Shown here: one piece after another, positions 1-11,686 of the stretch
Layout: each line of letters begins with the position of its first letter
Numbering within the stretch: the stretch's first letter is position 1
Assembly: GCA_016214565.1 (NCBI GenBank)
Contig: JACROE010000002.1
Span: 344,007-408,006 of the forward strand
Length of the DNA stretch: 64,000 nt
Origin: Candidatus Kerfeldbacteria bacterium
Lineage (GTDB): Bacteria > Patescibacteriota > Patescibacteriia > UBA10025 > JAHIVO01
Direction: 5' to 3'
Translations under genes and position numbers: made by a program
The notes under the pieces: model-generated
Database searches by the model: none
What the model was told of the DNA's origin: nothing
The model's input: only the letters and a program-made list of their open reading frames with translations

Positions 1-668
1 GGCCGCACGCGCTCCTCACCAGCGGAAAACATTCGGTTGGTTACATCAACTGTCCTGAACTCTTCCAATATCCGCTCATCAAGGAAGTGATGGCCGCTCA
101 GCAGGCGCGAATCCTCATGGATGCCGGCATCGAGTTCGGCTCCATCGATTGGGTGCTGGGCTCGCCCATGGCCGGCATCACGTTCAGCGACAGTGTGGCT
201 GGATTCCTTGGCGCTCGGTCTGCCTACACCGAGGAAAAGGACGGGGTAAAAAAACTCGTCCGCTTCGGCATCAAACCCGGCGACACGGTCCTCCAGATAG
301 AGGAACTCGTCACCGAGGCGACCACGCTACGCGCTCAGCAGACGGCGCTGATGGAAGCCACTGACGGTGGTGCCAAGCTGATACCGTTTGTCGGTATCTT
401 CTTCAATCGTTCAGGCGAGACGAAATTCGGCGATCAGCAGTATGTTTCGGTCGTTGACCAGAATATGCCGCGCTGGACGCCGGAAGATTGTCCTCACTGC
501 CGCAACGGTTCTGAGGCAATCCCACCGAAGAAACCCCATTCCAATTGGGTGCGCTTGACTACAAAACCAGAGCCGCCCCTTGGCTGGAGTTGTCCGAGCT
601 GTCAGTCGGGGAATCCCGGCTCCAACACCATCTGCCAGCAGTGTGGCACTTCAAAACAGATGGCCTAA
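1..668 (+). CDS. Type I phosphoribosyltransferase, most likely orotate phosphoribosyltransferase (5' end cut by the window edge), with a C-terminal RanBP2-type zinc-finger extension
   Basis: The frame is open to position 1. The sequence LTSGKHSVGYINCPELF resembles the OPRTase N-terminal motif (F.LSSG..S.YY.D). A PRPP-loop-like stretch VLQIEELVTEATTL is present. The C-terminus carries WSCPSCQSGNPGSNTICQQCG, matching W-x-C-x2-C-x3-N-x6-C-x2-C, and an upstream CPHC. The next gene is pyrB-pyrI. Confidence 0.5.
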   Translation, partial: PHALLTSGKHSVGYINCPELFQYPLIKEVMAAQQARILMDAGIEFGSIDWVLGSPMAGITFSDSVAGFLGARSAYTEEKDGVKKLVRFGIKPGDTVLQIEELVTEATTLRAQQTALMEATDGGAKLIPFVGIFFNRSGETKFGDQQYVSVVDQNMPRWTPEDCPHCRNGSEAIPPKKPHSNWVRLTTKPEPPLGWSCPSCQSGNPGSNTICQQCGTSKQMA

Positions 669-858
669 CCTCTGCTCATTGTCACACTATAGATACTTAC
701 CCTCTGCGAGCTCTCGAACCCCCTTCGAGAGCTCTCTTTTTTTCCATTTGACGCTTTGCCATGCACGTGTTACCCTCTGGTTAATTTGGACAAAAAACAA
801 AATTAACATAGTTTTCTTAACAATCTAGCCACCCTCATGGAGGGTAGGAGGTTTTGTT

Positions 859-2340
859 GTGTACACACATATCTTAAGCACCAATGACTTCACCAGCCGT
901 CAGGAAATTGAAGTCATGGTGAAGGCCGGACAAAGCATGGTAAAACATGCCTTGGCTAGAACCTACAGCACCAAATTCCCTGACAAGAAAGCAGTGCTGG
1001 CATTTTTCGAACCATCGACGAGGACGCACAAGTCCCATAAGCAGGCTGCGCTTAATCTCGGTATGCGAATCGACGAATTCTCGGGTGCTGAAGGGACATC
1101 CCTGATGAAACACGAGTCACTGGCTGATACCGCCCGGATGATTGCCGGCCAAGGTGCCGACATCCTGGTCCTGCGCGCTACCCAGGAGGGCAGTGCGCGC
1201 TGGGTGGCGGAAGTTATCGAACAGTACGGCCACCAGGTGACCGTCATCAATGGCGGTGATGGCAGAAACCAGCACCCCACCCAAACACTCCTGGATCTTC
1301 TCACGATCCTGGAGAAGAAGGGGCGCTTAGACGACCTGCATATTGGCCTGGTCGGGGACCTGGCGAATGGCCGGACAGCCGTCTCGCTGATCCAAGCGCT
1401 GAAGCATTTCGACAATATCAGGGTTACCCTGGTGGCACCGAAAGGTGCAGAGATGCTGCCGCAGTACAAGGCGGGCATCAATATCGTGTGCGAAAGCGAA
1501 TCTATGGAAGCACTGCGCGACTGCGACGTCATCTATGTGACCCGATTCCAGTTGGAGCGGATCACAGATCCAATCCTCAGACAATCGGTTCAGGGTAAAT
1601 ATGTGTTCAATAAGAAATTCTTGGACTCGTGCCAACCCGACGTCATTGTCATGCATCCACTCCCCTCAGTGGAAGAGATTGCCGCGGACATTAAGCACGA
1701 CCCCCGCATGGTCGCCTTTGAACAGGCTGAATACGGTATCCCCGCCCGAATGGCTGTTTTTGTCCGAGCCTTGCTTGATCCGTTCCAGGGCCTGGGGCAG
1801 TGGTCGCCTGATCGGGATCTGCTCAGCGAAAGTCGCGAATTTCCGATTGCGGCTGATATGAAGCCGGTGAAGTTCTTCCAGCCGATCAACCACGGCACCG
1901 TCATCGACCACATCCCGTCTGGGGAAGCGATCAATGTAATCCGCATTCTCGAATCAATCAGCTGCATTACGGATGAACTGCCGCGCCAGTTGGTGCAGCA
2001 TGTACACACCCGCAAATACGAGGGTCAAAAAGATGTCCTGCTCCTGCCGGACATCATGCTCGACCCCATCAGCGCGGCCACGGTGCAGTACATTTTCCCG
2101 GAAATAACGGTCAACGAATTCCCGGGAAACAACATCAAGGTCAAACGGACATATAAAGTCCCCTCCCATGTCGAGGGAATCTTCCGCTGCCCAAATGACA
2201 GCTGCATCACCAACCGCGAACCGGAAGCGATCTCACGGTTCCGTATCATCAATCGCTCCATGACACATTCGTCTGCCCGCTGCATCTATTGTGAGCGAGA
2301 TTTCACTCACTATCAGTTGCTCATGTGCCTGGCTGCTTAG
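859..2340 (+). CDS. pyrBI: Aspartate carbamoyltransferase catalytic chain (PyrB) fused to the regulatory chain (PyrI)
   Basis: GTG start with AGGAGG 7 nt upstream. The N-terminal ~310 aa carry PyrB motifs: STRTH(K), HPTQ, LVGDLANGRTA, MHPLP. The C-terminal ~150 aa carry PyrI motifs: NHGTVIDHIP, CPNDSCITNREPE and the zinc site CIYCERDFTH. Both lie in one uninterrupted ORF. Confidence 0.8.
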   Translation: MYTHILSTNDFTSRQEIEVMVKAGQSMVKHALARTYSTKFPDKKAVLAFFEPSTRTHKSHKQAALNLGMRIDEFSGAEGTSLMKHESLADTARMIAGQGADILVLRATQEGSARWVAEVIEQYGHQVTVINGGDGRNQHPTQTLLDLLTILEKKGRLDDLHIGLVGDLANGRTAVSLIQALKHFDNIRVTLVAPKGAEMLPQYKAGINIVCESESMEALRDCDVIYVTRFQLERITDPILRQSVQGKYVFNKKFLDSCQPDVIVMHPLPSVEEIAADIKHDPRMVAFEQAEYGIPARMAVFVRALLDPFQGLGQWSPDRDLLSESREFPIAADMKPVKFFQPINHGTVIDHIPSGEAINVIRILESISCITDELPRQLVQHVHTRKYEGQKDVLLLPDIMLDPISAATVQYIFPEITVNEFPGNNIKVKRTYKVPSHVEGIFRCPNDSCITNREPEAISRFRIINRSMTHSSARCIYCERDFTHYQLLMCLAA

Positions 2341-2498
2341 GCCGACACAATCATCTGATGACCTTTTTCATTCAACTCTCTCACCCGCCGTACCAGTCCA
2401 AGGTATGGCGGTTTTTTATCCTATTGACATACCATTAAAATGCACCCTACACTAAAGTAATTTATCAAAGAGCACATTCAAACCATCGGGAGAATCAT

Positions 2499-2828
2499 AT
2501 GACTGCACGTGAAGTGGTTGTCGCCATGGGCGCCCTACTAGGGTACCCTGTTTCCTGCTTCTCTTGGATCATCGCTTCCTACCGCAAACGGATAGGAAAA
2601 GGGTGGCACTTTTTCGGTATATCCCTTGGCGGGTTTGTCAGTTGGGCTATGTTGATTAGCAGTTTCTTCACGAATAGCTTTGTGAAAATTCTGCTCGTCC
2701 TGGGAAGCATTGCCCTATACCTCGCTTTGATGGGAACCTTCCTCCTCTTAGTGAGGTATTGTCAAAAATTAATTGACAAAATCGAAGCCGAACGCTACCC
2801 CCATCTCCGCTCAGTCAAACAAGTATAG
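2499..2828 (+). CDS. Hypothetical small membrane protein
   Basis: ORF of 109 aa with hydrophobic segments. No recognisable motif. Confidence 0.3.
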   Translation: MTAREVVVAMGALLGYPVSCFSWIIASYRKRIGKGWHFFGISLGGFVSWAMLISSFFTNSFVKILLVLGSIALYLALMGTFLLLVRYCQKLIDKIEAERYPHLRSVKQV

Positions 2829-2982
2829 GTAATCCTAGGCCCAATCTTGCCAGGAGGCACTCATGTCTCCTGGTTTCTTTTTGAAATTTCATTATAAATA
2901 TGGTAGAATAGCGCCCATTGAGGGCGCGAATGATCCTCTTTAATTTGTACCCACTCGCGCTCCAACCCCGTACATCAACCCT

Positions 2983-5643
2983 ATGTATCTGCAACGACTG
3001 GTCATCCAGGGATTCAAATCGTTCGCCAATAAAACTACCCTCGAATTCAAACCGGGCATCACTGCTATCGTTGGGCCGAATGGGTCAGGCAAATCAAACA
3101 CCGCCGACGCAGTGCGCTGGGTTTTGGGCGAACAAAGCCTCAAATCAATCCGCGGCAAAAAGTCCGGCGACGTCATTTTTGCTGGATCGGATAAGAAAAC
3201 CCGTTTGGGATACTGCCAAGTGGACATGATTTTGAATAATGAAGATCGCAAAGCCCCGATTGATTACTCCGAAGTCGTCATCACCCGCAAAATGTCCCGC
3301 GACGGTGAAGGGGAATACTACATCAATAAAAATAGAGTGCGCTTGCATGACATTCTCCTACTCTTAGCCAAATCTAACTTTGGCCAGCGCACCTACAGCA
3401 TCATCGGCCAGGGGACGGTAGACGCATTCTTGGCCGCCAGTCCGACCCAGCGAAAAGAATACTTTGATGAAGCCGCCGGTGTCCGCCAATTTCAGATCAA
3501 GAAAGAACAAGCAGAAAATAAGCTCAACCTAACTCGAGAAAACCTCCAACAGGCTGAATTACTGATCCAGGAAATCGAACCCCGCGTCCGTTCCCTTACC
3601 CGTCAGGTTCATCGCCTCGAGAAACGCGAAGAGGTTTTGAAAGAATTAAAAGGCATCCAACACACCTACTACACAGGCACCTGGAATGATCTCCAGCGCC
3701 AGCATGCAACCCAGGATGAAAAATTCCAAAAGACCGATGCCGCCCGTGCCAAGCTGGAACAGGATATGCGTGCCACTGAACAAGAAATGCAGGAATTAGC
3801 CGGCGGGTCATCGCGCCAAGATCGTTTCAGCGAATTACAACGCCGCTACGCAGAAATCATTGCCGAAAAAAATCGACTCTTGCGCGACCAAGCCTCACTC
3901 AAGGGGAGAATCGACAGTGCCCGACACCAATCGGGCGACGTCAATACGGTTTGGCTCGAACGTCGTCAGGAACAGCTCACCGGTACTCAGTCTTCGCTCG
4001 AAGCAGCGGTTACTGCCGCACATACTGAAGTAACTGAGCAACAAATGATTGTTGCCGCGGCTGAAAAAAAATGCCAAACCCTCGAGAGCGATTATCGCAC
4101 CACCAGTGAACGTTTAACCGCGGCAAAAGACGAACTGACAACCAGCAAAGCGATCACCGTTCCTGAAATCGCCACTGAGCTTGAGCTGATTTACGACCGC
4201 CAAAAAACTCTACTCGAGCATCTCCAAGCAACCACGACGCCCGATGACCTCCGTAGCCTGACTGCCGAGGCGCAGGCGCTCTCCAGCCAAATCGCCCAAC
4301 TCCGCCATAAAGTGCAAAAGTCTGGCACCGGGGACCCGCTTGCCGTGATGCAACTCCAAGAATCGATCACCACCATTCTCCGTGAAAAAGAATCCGCCAC
4401 CCATACGCTGACCACCGCCCAGGTAAAATTACACGTAGCTCAAGAAAAAGAAGCGATGCTCCAGGGACAATATGGACAAACGAAATCAGAGCTGGAAACC
4501 GTCACAAAAGAAATAGAGCGGAGCGGCCAGTCATCGGATAGCGCTACATCCAGCATGCAAACAGAGCTCAAAGATCTCCAGAAAAAAGTGGCTGACCTGG
4601 ATGCACAATTAAACAAAATCAATGCTGAATTCAGCGGATTTAATGAACAGGAGCAGGCTCAGAAAGAAAAGGTATTTGCTTTACAACAGAAACTCCACGA
4701 ACAACAGCAATCACTCAATGCCATTACCACGACCTTGGGCGAAATCCGAGTCGAGCTCGCAAAACTTGAGACGCGCCAGGAAGATCTCGAGCGCGAAATG
4801 GTAGATGAATTATCCGATGAAGAGCGCGACGCTATCTATGCCACCAGCTCCAAGGCATCACCACAACCAGAATTATTTAATGATATCCAAAAACTGAAAA
4901 AACAACTGGAACTTATCGGCGGCATCGACACCCAGGTGGCAGAAGAATATCAGCAATCAAAAGAACGGTATGATTTCCTGACCCACCAGAGCAACGACTT
5001 GAACGCAGCCATCGCTGACCTAGAAAAAATTATTGCCGAATTAGACGAAACCATTAAAGCCCAATTTACCAAGGCGTTTGAACAAATTAGTAAACAATTT
5101 ACCGAATACTTCAAGATTCTGTTCAAAGGTGGCAACGCCAGCCTAAGCCTCGTTAAAGAAGAACTACCCGCGCCGGGCAGCGAAATTGATGACGAAGATG
5201 CCGAAGAAGCAGCGGAGGATGACGAAGATGCCGAAGAAGCAGCGGAGCCGCAGCCAGCTCAAAAAGGCACCGGCGAAAAAGTGGTAACCGGAATTGATAT
5301 CCATGCCACCCCGCCCGGCAAACGCCTCCGCGGTATTAGTATGCTTTCTGGTGGCGAGCGCGCTATGACCTCAATCGCCTTACTCTGCGCAATTATTCAC
5401 AACAATCCGTCACCCTTCGTCATTCTGGACGAAGTAGATGCGGCATTGGACGAATCGAACTCCCTGCGTTTTGCCTCCATCGTTGAACGATTATCCTCAA
5501 AAACTCAGTTCATTATCATCACCCATAATCGAGCAACCATGAATAAAGCGCGTATCCTCTATGGCGTCACCATGGGCGATGACGGGGTCTCGAAGCTCCT
5601 CTCCATGAACATGGAGCAAGCTGAGAAAATCGTTAATCGCTAA
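2983..5643 (+). CDS. smc: SMC-family chromosome partition ATPase (short form, 886 aa)
   Basis: N-terminal LVIQGFKSF and Walker A GPNGSGKSN. The middle is coiled-coil and Q/E-rich. The C-terminus has the signature LSGGERAMTSIAL and Walker B ILDEVDAALD. It is about 300 aa shorter than a canonical SMC. An acidic 10-aa tandem duplication (DDEDAEEAAE twice) lies at about 5188-5250. Confidence 0.8.
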   Translation: MYLQRLVIQGFKSFANKTTLEFKPGITAIVGPNGSGKSNTADAVRWVLGEQSLKSIRGKKSGDVIFAGSDKKTRLGYCQVDMILNNEDRKAPIDYSEVVITRKMSRDGEGEYYINKNRVRLHDILLLLAKSNFGQRTYSIIGQGTVDAFLAASPTQRKEYFDEAAGVRQFQIKKEQAENKLNLTRENLQQAELLIQEIEPRVRSLTRQVHRLEKREEVLKELKGIQHTYYTGTWNDLQRQHATQDEKFQKTDAARAKLEQDMRATEQEMQELAGGSSRQDRFSELQRRYAEIIAEKNRLLRDQASLKGRIDSARHQSGDVNTVWLERRQEQLTGTQSSLEAAVTAAHTEVTEQQMIVAAAEKKCQTLESDYRTTSERLTAAKDELTTSKAITVPEIATELELIYDRQKTLLEHLQATTTPDDLRSLTAEAQALSSQIAQLRHKVQKSGTGDPLAVMQLQESITTILREKESATHTLTTAQVKLHVAQEKEAMLQGQYGQTKSELETVTKEIERSGQSSDSATSSMQTELKDLQKKVADLDAQLNKINAEFSGFNEQEQAQKEKVFALQQKLHEQQQSLNAITTTLGEIRVELAKLETRQEDLEREMVDELSDEERDAIYATSSKASPQPELFNDIQKLKKQLELIGGIDTQVAEEYQQSKERYDFLTHQSNDLNAAIADLEKIIAELDETIKAQFTKAFEQISKQFTEYFKILFKGGNASLSLVKEELPAPGSEIDDEDAEEAAEDDEDAEEAAEPQPAQKGTGEKVVTGIDIHATPPGKRLRGISMLSGGERAMTSIALLCAIIHNNPSPFVILDEVDAALDESNSLRFASIVERLSSKTQFIIITHNRATMNKARILYGVTMGDDGVSKLLSMNMEQAEKIVNR

Positions 5644-5686
5644 GAGTCTTGACAGGATACCCCCTTTTCACTACCATACACCTACT

Positions 5687-6028
5687 ATGTTAATGATTCG
5701 CTTATCTCGAGTCGGAAAAAAGAAGCACCCCCTGTATCGGGTTATCGTTTCAGAGAAAACCAAGGATACCACGGGCGACTATCTTGAACTGCTCGGAACC
5801 TATAATCCACACACGCGTGAAACCAATCTGAAGGTTGATCGGGTAAAACACTGGCTCTCCCATGGCGCCCAAGCCTCAGGGACTGTTCATAACTTACTGG
5901 TTGATCAAAAATTGGTAACCACGGCAAAAGTCAAAGTGGCAAACATCAAAAAGAAGGCCGCTCCTGAAGGGGAGTCGAAACCTGCCGCAGCGCCAGCCGC
6001 ACCAGCGACTCCGCCTGCAGCTGCCTAA
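5687..6028 (+). CDS. rpsP: 30S ribosomal protein S16 with an Ala/Pro-rich C-terminal tail
   Basis: IRLSRVGKKKHPLYRVIV matches the S16 N-terminus. The alternative start codon at 5693 would give MIRL. The tail is KKKAAPEGESKPAAAPAAPATPPAAA. Confidence 0.85.
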   Translation: MLMIRLSRVGKKKHPLYRVIVSEKTKDTTGDYLELLGTYNPHTRETNLKVDRVKHWLSHGAQASGTVHNLLVDQKLVTTAKVKVANIKKKAAPEGESKPAAAPAAPATPPAAA

Positions 6029-6143
6029 AAGCTAGGCCACTGCATATCCTTCCCCTTGCTCAAATAGAGTTGTTTACACGCATGGAGGGAGTTCACTAAT
6101 ACGCATGTTACTCATGCGGGTATATTTTATTTTAAGATTATAT

Positions 6144-8309
6144 ATGAAAAAAATTAATTTCAGCATTGCCCTGTTTGCCCTCTTGATAGCGCCGCTCCAA
6201 AGCAGCGGCCTCATCGCGCCTGAACTGATCGCAGAGGAAATTGATACGTCAATCCAAATTCAAGAACCGGTTCAAGACCCGGGGATTGTAGCGACATCAG
6301 CATACGCGCATCAGCGACATGAACCCACCTCCACCGCTACTCCGGCACGCTACCTTCAAGAGCGAACACTGCGCTGGCCAACCCTCCGTCTGATTGAGGA
6401 TAGTTTTGTCGCAACAAAGGTGAGCACCACCAATGTCATCCCCACGGTCGGCATGGTTATTACCGACAATACCACCCTCGAACCAGGCACCTATAGTAAT
6501 AATGTGCCCGGTAGCACCTTTATTACCATTGCTGCGGATAATGTGACGCTCGATTGTAATGGTGCCATCCTCGAGGACGTTACACCTAATCATCTGACTG
6601 ACGGTATTAAAATCGCATCAGGCCTCAATAATGTCACCGTGACCAATTGCACGCTAAAAAATATGTTTTTGGGCATTATCTCGGGCAGTAGCGATCCCGA
6701 TGGCCCGATCAGCACTGGTCTGACGATCACCCAAAATACATTTTTACAATACGCCACCGATGTTGAGCTCTACTATCTCAACTACTGGAGCCACCTCATG
6801 ATTAGAAATACCAATAATTCAGAAATCTCCTACAACAGGTCAGAACCGTTTGATGTTAAACGGCACTGGGCCAACGGCATTTTCATGAGCCTCTGGGAAT
6901 CCGACCACAATGATGTGCACCATAACACCAGCGTAAGTATGACCGGCATTCATGTGACGCTGAATTCTGACAGTAATAATATCCATGACAATGAATTTGG
7001 CTTCAGCTACTGGCAGAATGGTGGCATAGAGATTGACCGTGCCAGTGATTCGAATAACATCCACCATAATCAAGCTAGTTACTACAATTATGAGCCAACG
7101 TCGCCAACCCTTGCGGGAAGTGGCATCATGCTACATGGATTCACCGCATCGGACGCTCCACGGTACCAGGAGGCAGCCCATCATAACATTATCACCGACA
7201 ACACCACCGTCAGTAACTATAAAATGATCTCAGCTATTTCTCTGGTGCACGACGCGCATGATAATCTAATCACTCGCAATACCGTGAATGGTGCCTATGT
7301 TGGTATCGAGGCCTATTTTGGCCAAACTGATGCTGGTGGATCACCCACTTATTATTTCCCGCACCACAACACGATCGACGGTAATTCCACTGTCCAATAC
7401 GACCCCAATACCAATACCGAGGGAGTCTGGCTCGGAAACGGAACACATCACTTCACGATCACCAACAACACATACACCGGTGGCTACCATGGTGTACGAG
7501 CCATGTACTTGGTGGGTAGTACGGAAGCGCCACAGGTGCCTATCACTGATATGGTTATCCAAGATAATCGTATGTTAAATATGGTTTCCTTCGGACTATT
7601 CAACCCTAATGAAGATGTGATTGAACGGTGGAATATTTATCATAATTACTTTTCACACAATGGCTCTGATCCGAATCTGATTGATGGTGCCCTCGAGCTC
7701 CAGAGTTCATCTTCAGAAATATTTGCCTACGAGAACACATTTATAGATAATGGACTCAATGGGGAAGGAAATTACGATCAATTATGGAGCTCGCCTCAAA
7801 CCCAACTCCAACGCGAAGGGCGTGGCAATTACTATAGTGACTATGACGAGCCCGGTGAAGGATGCAACGATACTGATCTCAATGGCATCTGTGATCTCCC
7901 GCGAAATTTTTCCACCGGGGCAGTTGATGCCAACCCGCTGGTCAATCCCACCTTCTGCGCCAATAACAATTGCCCACCCGTGTTTAGACCGATCGCGCCA
8001 CTCACCGTCAATGAGCAAGACATGGCGATCATCTGGGTGAATGCGTACGATTACGAACATGATCCGCTCACCATCACCGTAAGCGATAAACGATTCCAAT
8101 CGTATGATGGATGTTGGCCAGGACGCAATGCCTGGGTCTGGTGGACTAATATTGATAGCAGCGGAACGTACCCCGTCACCGTGACCGTCAGCGATGGCGT
8201 CAATCAAGTACAGCAATCAACGGTCGTCACCGTTCGCGATACCTGTTTCAAAGATAAATGGGGGAGGATGCGTTGCTTAAATTATGCGCAACGAGTTTCC
8301 TGTTATTAA
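6144..8309 (+). CDS. Secreted right-handed parallel beta-helix repeat protein (NosD/pectate-lyase-like fold) with a C-terminal cadherin/Ig-like domain
   Basis: A signal-peptide-like start MKKINFSIALFALLIAPLQS at the internal ATG at 6144. Many repeats of the type NNxIxxNxxxG / ITxNT / HHN typical of beta-helix proteins. A C-terminal VTVSDG segment. Confidence 0.6.
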   Translation: MKKINFSIALFALLIAPLQSSGLIAPELIAEEIDTSIQIQEPVQDPGIVATSAYAHQRHEPTSTATPARYLQERTLRWPTLRLIEDSFVATKVSTTNVIPTVGMVITDNTTLEPGTYSNNVPGSTFITIAADNVTLDCNGAILEDVTPNHLTDGIKIASGLNNVTVTNCTLKNMFLGIISGSSDPDGPISTGLTITQNTFLQYATDVELYYLNYWSHLMIRNTNNSEISYNRSEPFDVKRHWANGIFMSLWESDHNDVHHNTSVSMTGIHVTLNSDSNNIHDNEFGFSYWQNGGIEIDRASDSNNIHHNQASYYNYEPTSPTLAGSGIMLHGFTASDAPRYQEAAHHNIITDNTTVSNYKMISAISLVHDAHDNLITRNTVNGAYVGIEAYFGQTDAGGSPTYYFPHHNTIDGNSTVQYDPNTNTEGVWLGNGTHHFTITNNTYTGGYHGVRAMYLVGSTEAPQVPITDMVIQDNRMLNMVSFGLFNPNEDVIERWNIYHNYFSHNGSDPNLIDGALELQSSSSEIFAYENTFIDNGLNGEGNYDQLWSSPQTQLQREGRGNYYSDYDEPGEGCNDTDLNGICDLPRNFSTGAVDANPLVNPTFCANNNCPPVFRPIAPLTVNEQDMAIIWVNAYDYEHDPLTITVSDKRFQSYDGCWPGRNAWVWWTNIDSSGTYPVTVTVSDGVNQVQQSTVVTVRDTCFKDKWGRMRCLNYAQRVSCY

Positions 8310-8429
8310 CTCATTGCTTGACACCCTCCCGGCGGCATTGATATCCTACTGGTACGCCAGCGCTGTGTTGGTCGACGCACCTGGTCATGCACTTTACACG
8401 ATTAATCAGTAACTAACGAATCGACGAAC

Positions 8430-8783
8430 ATGGCTGCAGAAAAAGACCAAGAGTTTGTCGAGTACGTGGTCAAAGCCCTCGTTGACCGTCCGGAAGATGT
8501 TTCATCTGACCGAACCGTCGACGAGATGGGCGTGTTAATCACTCTCAAAGTGAACCCCCAGGACCTCGGCCAAGTAATTGGTCGCCAGGGCCAAACGGCA
8601 AAAGCGGTACGCACCTTGCTCCGCGTTGTCGGCGCCAAGAACCACGCACGCGTCAACTTAAAGATTCATGAACCCGAAGGTTACCGCAAAGGCAACCGGG
8701 GCGGTTCACGAGACGAAGGATCGCGAACATCGGGTCCACAAGAAGAAGCTGATACTTCAGCTGTCGATGACCTCAAAATATAA
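8430..8783 (+). CDS. KH-domain RNA-binding protein (KhpA/YlqC family)
   Basis: VKALVDRPEDV...LKV...DLGQVIGRQGQTAKAVRTLL is the KH GxxG motif (GRQG). Its position between rpsP and trmD is canonical. Confidence 0.75.
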   Translation: MAAEKDQEFVEYVVKALVDRPEDVSSDRTVDEMGVLITLKVNPQDLGQVIGRQGQTAKAVRTLLRVVGAKNHARVNLKIHEPEGYRKGNRGGSRDEGSRTSGPQEEADTSAVDDLKI

Positions 8784-8856
8784 GATTTGACTTATCAAGT
8801 CACCAACAAACCGTTCCGGTATACCCGTGACGGTTTTTGGTTTATACTACCTTCAT

Positions 8857-9513
8857 ATGTACCGATTCGACTTACTCACCATCTTCCCTGACATTTTTGA
8901 CTCGTATCTCGGGGCAAGCATCCTCAAACGCGCCCAATCAAAAAAACTGATCGAGGTGCACGTCCATGATATTCGGAAATTCGCCACTGACAAGCACCAC
9001 ACGACCGACGATCGCCCCTACGGTGGCGGCCCGGGCATGGTGATGAAGGTGGAGCCGATCTTCCGCTGTCTAAAATCTATCAGACGCAAAAGAAAGTCAC
9101 GCATTATTCTGCTGTCGGCAAAAGGAAAGACGTTTGATCAAGCCGCGGCGAAGAACTATGCAAAAAAATACGACCAGCTCATTCTCATCGCGGGGCATTA
9201 TGAAGGCGTCGATGAACGAATCATGAAATACGTGGACGAAGAAGTGTCCATTGGTAATTATATACTCACCGGTGGGGAGCTGCCGAGCTTGAATATTGTC
9301 GACGCTGTATCACGGCTATTGCCCGGCGTCCTGGGGGATGACACCTCATCGCACGACGAATCATTTAGCTCACCCAACTACCGAGAATACCCCCACTACA
9401 CACGCCCCGAAGTCTTCCGTGGTGCACGCGTCCCGCGAGAGCTCCGCTCGGGTAACCACCGAGTCATCGAGGAGTGGCGAAAACGCCATCAAACGTCAAA
9501 ACGTTCGTCTTGA
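8857..9513 (+). CDS. trmD: tRNA (guanine37-N1)-methyltransferase
   Basis: MYRFDLLTIFPDIFDSYL...DDRPYGGGPGMVM...LIAGHYEGVDER matches TrmD. The internal ATG at 8857 fits the usual TrmD N-terminus; the ORF-track start at 8827 adds 10 aa. Confidence 0.85.
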   Translation: MYRFDLLTIFPDIFDSYLGASILKRAQSKKLIEVHVHDIRKFATDKHHTTDDRPYGGGPGMVMKVEPIFRCLKSIRRKRKSRIILLSAKGKTFDQAAAKNYAKKYDQLILIAGHYEGVDERIMKYVDEEVSIGNYILTGGELPSLNIVDAVSRLLPGVLGDDTSSHDESFSSPNYREYPHYTRPEVFRGARVPRELRSGNHRVIEEWRKRHQTSKRSS

Positions 9514-9541
9514 CCTAGTTAGAATCTGATTTCTAACGGGG

Positions 9542-9570
9542 TTGACACTCCGCTACAAATCCTCTACAAT
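9542..9570 (+). promoter_or_regulatory. Near-consensus sigma70 promoter, TTGACA-N17-TACAAT, in the 16S leader region
   Basis: ttgaca at 9542-9547, a 17-nt spacer, then tacaat at 9565-9570, about 420 nt upstream of the 16S 5' end. Confidence 0.5.
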
Positions 9571-9985
9571 AATCCACACCACGATTGGGTGGCAAATATT
9601 TCGCTAAGTTGACATAAAAAACGAAAGGAAATGGCCTAGCGAGCATAATCATTACGAAAACTTCAAGATTTCTTCGTGATATTGTGCATCCTGAGCTACT
9701 CGGGATTTTTTATTTAAACTCTGATGCGAACTATGCCGTGGAGTGCACCTGCGTTCAAGCCAGGATGTCCTCAACAAAGCACGGCGCGCCATCACCATCG
9801 ATTTGGAGTCCGTTGACAACTGAAAAGTGGTAAGAATATTACCAGATTCCACGGTTATTATCACGCGCGAAGAGCGCTGGTAAGGAATCACAACCTGTTT
9901 TGATCACTTCAGGTTAAGAAAAAGTGACATAAGTAATATAGAGCTATTTCATCCGGCAAGGCCGGATGAAACGAATTCTCTTTTT

Positions 9986-11470
<1,485 letters not shown>

Positions 11471-11686
11471 CTAAGGAGTAACTGCTCACAGAACTTCACG
11501 GTTCTGATGGGCACACTGGTCGTCTATCCGCCCGCAAGGGCGAGATACACAGTCGGAACTCTGGCCAATTCTTATCGCTTTTCAGCTGTCACATGGATGC
11601 AAATGAAGACACAGCTCGTATTGTGCTTTTCTCAGGAAACCTGCTAGAATGTGAAGCAATCAATAGCTGTGTTTTTTTATTTACAG

